64,000 nucleotides of DNA from positions 1,706 to 65,705 of the forward strand of contig CAZUIY010000327.1 of assembly GCA_964619975.1 (NCBI GenBank), written 5' to 3'. Positions within the stretch are counted from its first letter, which is position 1; each line of letters starts with the position of its first letter. The translations under genes were made by a program, and so were the position numbers. This document shows, piece after piece, positions 61,858 through 64,000 of the stretch. Source of the stretch: an uncultured Gemmatimonadales bacterium (GTDB taxonomy: Bacteria > Gemmatimonadota > Gemmatimonadetes > JACCXV01 > JAHWKZ01). The notes under the pieces are model-generated. The model had not been told where the DNA came from. It saw nothing but the letters and a program-made list of their open reading frames with translations, and made no database searches.

Positions 61858-61971
61858 TCAGTTGCTCCGGTAGTCGGCTCGCGGCGCGGCGACGAGCGCC
61901 AGCAGCGCGAGCGGCAGCAGCACGGTCAGGGTGAGGGCACAACAGAGGTAGACGGTGAGGCGGCGGGTCAT
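61858..61971 (-). CDS. Small single-TM protein (37 aa)
   Basis: Start MTRRLTVYLCCALTLTVLLPLALLALV at 61971 in an ATGA overlap. Confidence 0.45.
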   Translation of the reverse strand: MTRRLTVYLCCALTLTVLLPLALLALVAAPRADYRSN

Positions 61972-62282
61972 GCGTGGTGCTTGCCGTTGCTGTTGCTGCG
62001 GCGCTTGAGTTCCGCCAGCAACGCCTCGGTGTCGAGACGTTCCAGTGGCACCGGTGGATCCTTGCGCTCGGCCACGTTGGCCGTGTAGCCGTCGCGGTCG
62101 GCGGCCAGCGAAATGGCGGTCTGCTTGTTCCCCGACCACACGTAGACGATGCCGCCAATCGCCGGGGGCCGGCTAACCTTCCAGATGCGTGCCTTCTCTC
62201 CACCGGCCCGATTAGCCTTGGCGTCGTCCAGGGTCTTGTGAATGCGGTTCTCGGTTCCTGCGAAGTTGTTGGTCCGTCCCAT
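61968..62282 (-). CDS. Hypothetical protein (104 aa)
   Basis: Start MGRTNNFAGTE at 62282 after AAAGGAGAAACC. Confidence 0.6.
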   Translation of the reverse strand: MGRTNNFAGTENRIHKTLDDAKANRAGGEKARIWKVSRPPAIGGIVYVWSGNKQTAISLAADRDGYTANVAERKDPPVPLERLDTEALLAELKRRSNSNGKHHA

Positions 62283-62365
62283 GGTTTCTCCTTTTGTTTC
62301 GTGTCCCGTCGTAGTCCTCGCGGGGTGGGGGGCGCCCCGCAAGCGCCCGTGCCCACCCCGCCGAT

Positions 62366-62611
62366 TTAGTTGCCCGAGTCGGCGATCAATGCTTGGACCC
62401 GTGCGCGCCCCTTGTCCGTTGGCGCGAAGGCCGGTTCATCGCCGCGAAAGTCGATCCCGGCATCGCCGTCGAGAACCACAGAGAGCAGCCCGTGGTCGAT
62501 CAAGATGCACTCGGCCCACTTGCATGCGCGCACCAGGTCATCCTCGGTGAACGAGCCCTGGCCGTGGCCAAGCGCGATCGCCAACTGCTGGATCTGTTCG
62601 CTCGTCAACAT
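62366..62611 (-). CDS. Small protein (81 aa)
   Basis: Start MLTSEQIQQL at 62611. Confidence 0.55.
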   Translation of the reverse strand: MLTSEQIQQLAIALGHGQGSFTEDDLVRACKWAECILIDHGLLSVVLDGDAGIDFRGDEPAFAPTDKGRARVQALIADSGN

Positions 62612-63537
62612 CAGCCCCTCCACTCAAGCGCGGCGTAAAACGTCGTCTCGTTGCCGCTGTCGCCAACGCTCAGCCCGCGCCCCCACCACAGCGGCTGCAC
62701 ACCGCCGTTGCCGTTGTTGGGCAGCACCACGCCGCAGCGCAACGCCAACCCCGACTCGTGCTGCACGCCCACCCACACGTCGAGCCACGCGCCAGACGCG
62801 CCGCCAGAGCCGCCGTGAAGCAACAGGTCCAAGCCGAACCCACCCCAGCCAGGCCACGCGTGGATGTGGGCCAGCAGGTACACCGCGAAGTCGCTGCGCC
62901 CCTGCCACGCCACGTCGACCAGCACGCCGCCGTGCGCGGACTCGGCCTCGCCGAACGCGCCAAGTCGCAGCGACAGGTCGTAGCCGCTATCGGCACCGGC
63001 GAACGCGCCAGCGGTGTGCGAGTAGCCGGAGACGTGCGCCGACAGTTCGAGGTTGTCGCCGGCGGTCAGTGACCCCCATGCATGCCCGAAAAAGCCCATG
63101 CGCCCGCCGTTGCTCCAGCTGTCGGTGTAGGTCTGCACCTCGACGCCGCCATAGCGGTGCGCGAACGCAAACCCGAGCAACCCGCCGTACAGCCCGTTCT
63201 GTTGCCGCGTGTCCACAAGCAGCCACCCGCGAAGCTGCCACGGCGAGCTGATTGCGCGGTCGGAGGGCTCGTCGCTGGGCTCGGTGACGACCGGCGGCGG
63301 GCCAGCGGGATAGCGGGGGAGGTCGGAATCGTCGTAGCGGGCGGCGCGGTCGGAAGTGGACTGCGCGGACGCCTCGCGCACTTGCGTGAGCGTTGCGAAT
63401 GCCAGAACGGCGAGGGCGTAGATCAGCAACCACACCACGAGGCCGAGAACCTTCACTTGACGGTCCAGACGTGCGAGGTGCAACTCGTGTGCGGTCACGG
63501 CGGCGGCGAGGTCGGGGGGTGGCTGGGTGGTGGTCAT
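62611..63537 (-). CDS. Exported Gly/aromatic-rich protein (308 aa), candidate outer-membrane beta-barrel
   Basis: ORF track. Hydrophobic segment VLGLVVWLLIYALAVLAFA with ASA-Q after it. The C-terminal 200 aa show alternating hydrophobic/Gly/aromatic patterns. Confidence 0.6.
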   Translation of the reverse strand: MTTTQPPPDLAAAVTAHELHLARLDRQVKVLGLVVWLLIYALAVLAFATLTQVREASAQSTSDRAARYDDSDLPRYPAGPPPVVTEPSDEPSDRAISSPWQLRGWLLVDTRQQNGLYGGLLGFAFAHRYGGVEVQTYTDSWSNGGRMGFFGHAWGSLTAGDNLELSAHVSGYSHTAGAFAGADSGYDLSLRLGAFGEAESAHGGVLVDVAWQGRSDFAVYLLAHIHAWPGWGGFGLDLLLHGGSGGASGAWLDVWVGVQHESGLALRCGVVLPNNGNGGVQPLWWGRGLSVGDSGNETTFYAALEWRG

Positions 63538-63767
63538 CGGCTGATCTCCATCTCGGCAGCCTTGGCGGCACCGTCACCTGCGAGTGTCCCGCCCAACTGC
63601 TCGATCAACTGCCGAGCGTGTCGGACAGCGGAATCGACGTGGTGGTGGTAGCCGCACGCCGCGCCGCCGATGCGCACGACCCACACATCGCGATCATCGC
63701 GAGCGCGCTCGATGGTCACGGCGCACGCGACGGTGCCGATGGTGGTGCTGCTGTTGGTGGTCGTCAT
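63534..63767 (-). CDS. Small protein (77 aa)
   Basis: ORF track. Confidence 0.55.
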   Translation of the reverse strand: MTTTNSSTTIGTVACAVTIERARDDRDVWVVRIGGAACGYHHHVDSAVRHARQLIEQLGGTLAGDGAAKAAEMEISR

Positions 63768-64000
63768 GACGCCTCCTGTTGGTTTACGGTCCGAATCCAG
63801 CCATCCACCGCCGCGATGTCCGCCGAGCTTGCCGGGCTGAACAGTGGCGCCGACTCCACCAGCATCGACAGCGAATCCAGCACCCGCCGGCAGCTATCGA
63901 ACGGCGGCGCCGGGCACGAGCACTTGCGTTGCTTCACCGGCGGTGGCACCGCCTGATCGGGCGGCACGGCCACCCACACGACGGCATCGCGATTCTTCGA
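63764..64000 (-). CDS. Hypothetical protein, N-terminus possibly beyond the window end
   Basis: ORF 63764..63979. The frame stays open upstream to nt 64000. Confidence 0.45.
   Translation of the reverse strand, partial: SKNRDAVVWVAVPPDQAVPPPVKQRKCSCPAPPFDSCRRVLDSLSMLVESAPLFSPASSADIAAVDGWIRTVNQQEAS

Noticed and set aside
1-64000. CRISPR arrays, rRNA genes, canonical tRNAs, transposase/IS elements, reverse transcriptase (retron/DGR)
   Set aside because: By eye I saw no regularly spaced repeat-spacer arrays, no rRNA-like conserved blocks, no complete cloverleaf, and no DDE/RT motif-bearing ORFs. This is a visual survey, not a computational scan.

Overview
The window reads as a large part of a high-GC (about 65%) tailed-phage or prophage genome with podovirus-like virion genes. 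Genes are tightly packed, and most junctions are ATGA, GTGA or TGATG start/stop overlaps. All calls come from manual reading of the sequence and ORF track; no searches were run.

Layout:
1. 1-23736 (-): late operon. It runs small-terminase candidate, TerL, portal, acidic scaffold, major capsid, capsid/tail accessory proteins, an 846-aa tail protein, then a giant protein of at least 1968 aa. The giant protein runs off the window start and is missing from the ORF track.
2. 23737-23977: divergent control region with repeated operator-like motifs.
3. 23978-26652 (+): island of small membrane, lipoprotein and secreted proteins, followed by an intrinsic terminator at 26927-26957.
4. 26967-34153 (-): early genes, including a Lar-like protein and an RHH protein.
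5. 34154-35184: ORF-free 1.03-kb island with back-to-back promoter-like sites.
6. 35185-40337 (+): early operon of small proteins ending in a truncated serine recombinase.
7. 40364-64000 (-): replication, recombination and modification module. It holds an initiator with internal iterons, a DnaC-like loader, HNH, Dcm, a beta-class N4/N6 methyltransferase split by a LAGLIDADG intein, an HD hydrolase, RusA, RecT and a PD-(D/E)XK exonuclease.

Most of the long Arg/Ala-rich ORFs in the track are antisense or off-frame shadows. Many tracked ORFs needed an internal start, which I chose from overlap with the upstream stop plus a Shine-Dalgarno (SD) sequence.

Leads most worth a second look:
- the ORF-free island, which could be a large RNA or an origin
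- the intein-split methyltransferase
- the Dcm gene with a 350-codon alternative frame carrying W-P/A-T-P repeats
- a 30-nt SD-sequestering hairpin cassette reused at gene junctions
- a 24-nt motif shared by three regulatory regions
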